Assembly (NCBI GenBank): GCA_029975745.1
Contig: JARKOL010000044.1
Coordinates: 1-47,360, forward strand
DNA from: Myxococcota bacterium
GTDB taxonomy: Bacteria > Myxococcota_A > UBA9042 > DTJE01
Direction of reading: 5' to 3'
Length of the DNA: 47,360 nucleotides
A program made the translations under genes and the position numbers. Shown here in pieces: positions 46,085-47,360 of this stretch (its first letter is position 1; every line of letters starts with the position of its first letter). The notes under the pieces were generated by a model. It worked only from the letters and a program-made list of their open reading frames with translations, searched no databases and was not told the DNA's origin.

Positions 46085-46891
46085 ATGGACAAGGTCGTGA
46101 CGTCGGTTCTGGGCCGGCTGGGCGTCCTGCCGGCGACGGGGCTGCGGGACGCGGTCCGGGCGCAGATGCATCTGCACGCGGTTCTGCCGCGGCTGGGGGA
46201 CCTGGCCCGGCTGGATGACGAGGCGCGTGGACTCGTTGCCGGAATGAAGGTCGGCATCGCGTTCCAGGTGCTGGGCGGGCCGCGGGTCGTGCTGCGCTTC
46301 GCGAACGGGGGTGTGACGGCGGCGAAGGAGGGTGGGGCCAACGTGTGCCTGCTGTTCCCGTCGGCGGCGAAGCTGAACGCCATGTTCGACGGGCAGAAGG
46401 TCACGCCGATTCCACTGAAGGGCGTGCATCGGATGGGCGACCTGAAGAAGCTGACGCGCCTGACGGACATCCTGACGCGCTACCTGAAGCCGTCCGATGT
46501 CGATATGGCCGACGCGGGCTTCCGGGCGAAGCACGTGGAACTCAGCCTGCTGGTCGGGCTGGCCGCGACGGCGGCGATTGCCGAACTGGAACCCAAGGGC
46601 CGGCGCATCGCGGGTCACATGCCGTCGGGCACGATGGTCTACGACATCGGCGGGGGACCCAAGGCCCACGTCGTCATCGATCACGGGAAGATCCAGGCGT
46701 GCGCGGGCGCGATTGACGACCCGACGACGACCATCGAGATTCGCGACGTGGACCTGGCCGTGGCGTTGATCAAGGGCCAGGTGGACACGTTCGCGGCCAA
46801 CGGAGCGGGCGACATCCGGGCCAGCGGGTCGCTGACGCTGGCGGACGAATTCAACACGCTGTTCGACCGGGTCGGGCTGTACCTGGCCTGA
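46085..46891 (+). CDS. Hypothetical protein with two SCP2-like domains (probable paralogue of the upstream gene)
   Basis: FQVLGGP.VVL.F..G repeat; PTTTIEI...LIKGQVDTFAA...GDIRASGSLTLA SCP2-like tail. Confidence 0.7.
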   Translation: MDKVVTSVLGRLGVLPATGLRDAVRAQMHLHAVLPRLGDLARLDDEARGLVAGMKVGIAFQVLGGPRVVLRFANGGVTAAKEGGANVCLLFPSAAKLNAMFDGQKVTPIPLKGVHRMGDLKKLTRLTDILTRYLKPSDVDMADAGFRAKHVELSLLVGLAATAAIAELEPKGRRIAGHMPSGTMVYDIGGGPKAHVVIDHGKIQACAGAIDDPTTTIEIRDVDLAVALIKGQVDTFAANGAGDIRASGSLTLADEFNTLFDRVGLYLA

Positions 46892-46913
46892 TTCGGGCGC
46901 CGGGAGGTGGGAA

Positions 46914-47360
46914 ATGGATCTGTACCGCTTCGACCAGTCGAAGGCGCTGTTCGAGCGCGCGACCAAGGTGATTCCCAGCGGCATTTCGGGCAACAAGAAC
47001 CCGGCGTTCGCGGTGCCCGGTTCCTTCCCGTACTTCGCCGAGTCGGGGAAAGGCTGCCGATACATCGACGTGGACGGCAACGAGTACATCGACTACCTGG
47101 CCGGCTACGGCCCCATCGTTCTGGGCTACAACGATCCCGTGGTCGATGCCGCGGCGGCCGAACAGCGCACGCGCGGCGCCGCGTTCAACCACCCGACGCA
47201 GCGGGCGGTCGAGCTGGCCGAGAAGCTGGTCGGCATGATTCCGGCCATCGACTGGTGCGCGTTCGGCAAGAACGGGTCCGACGTGACGGCGTACGCGATC
47301 CAGACGGCTCGCGAACACACCCAGCGTCGCAAGATCCTGATGGCCAACGGCGCGTACCAC
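46914..47360 (+). CDS. Class III aminotransferase (HemL/GSA-aminomutase-like), 3' truncated by the window edge
   Basis: GGAGG RBS; MDLYRFDQSKALFERATKVIPSG...DVDGNEYIDYLAGYGPIVLGY...FGKNGSD...AYH; not present in the ORF track. Confidence 0.9.
   Translation, partial: MDLYRFDQSKALFERATKVIPSGISGNKNPAFAVPGSFPYFAESGKGCRYIDVDGNEYIDYLAGYGPIVLGYNDPVVDAAAAEQRTRGAAFNHPTQRAVELAEKLVGMIPAIDWCAFGKNGSDVTAYAIQTAREHTQRRKILMANGAYH

Overview
High-GC bacterial chromosomal window, probably from a Myxococcota/deltaproteobacterial lineage (inferred from a Tgl-like pilotin and Cys-rich and Asp-Pro-Gly-rich exported proteins). In order, it contains: (1) envelope genes (a GT-C-like membrane lipoprotein, a TPR protein, a lipoprotein, and a LolD/MacB-type ABC transporter whose permease carries a 20-Cys insert), then comEC; (2) a reduced, divergent dcw cluster, mraZ-rsmH-ftsL-[tgl]-ftsI-murE-murF-mraY-ftsW-ftsQ-ftsA-ftsZ-yjbQ, lacking murD/G/C/B and ddl; (3) a sulfur block (metY, methyltransferase, cbs, rrf2, iscS, mnmA, thiF/moeB, truncated hydE, rhodanese) headed by an unannotated, apparently leaderless 26-codon uORF ending in Cys-Phe-Cys-Ile-Cys and followed by a long hairpin, a candidate cysteine-sensing attenuator; (4) a B12 radical SAM enzyme, a NUDIX-endonuclease IV fusion, and HNH, SRPBCC, SPL-like radical SAM, HAD and hybrid kinase genes; (5) the start of an operon with a split transketolase, two tandem-SCP2-like proteins and a class III aminotransferase. 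No rRNA, tRNA, CRISPR or IS element was recognised. All calls come from motif recognition by eye; no database searches were run.
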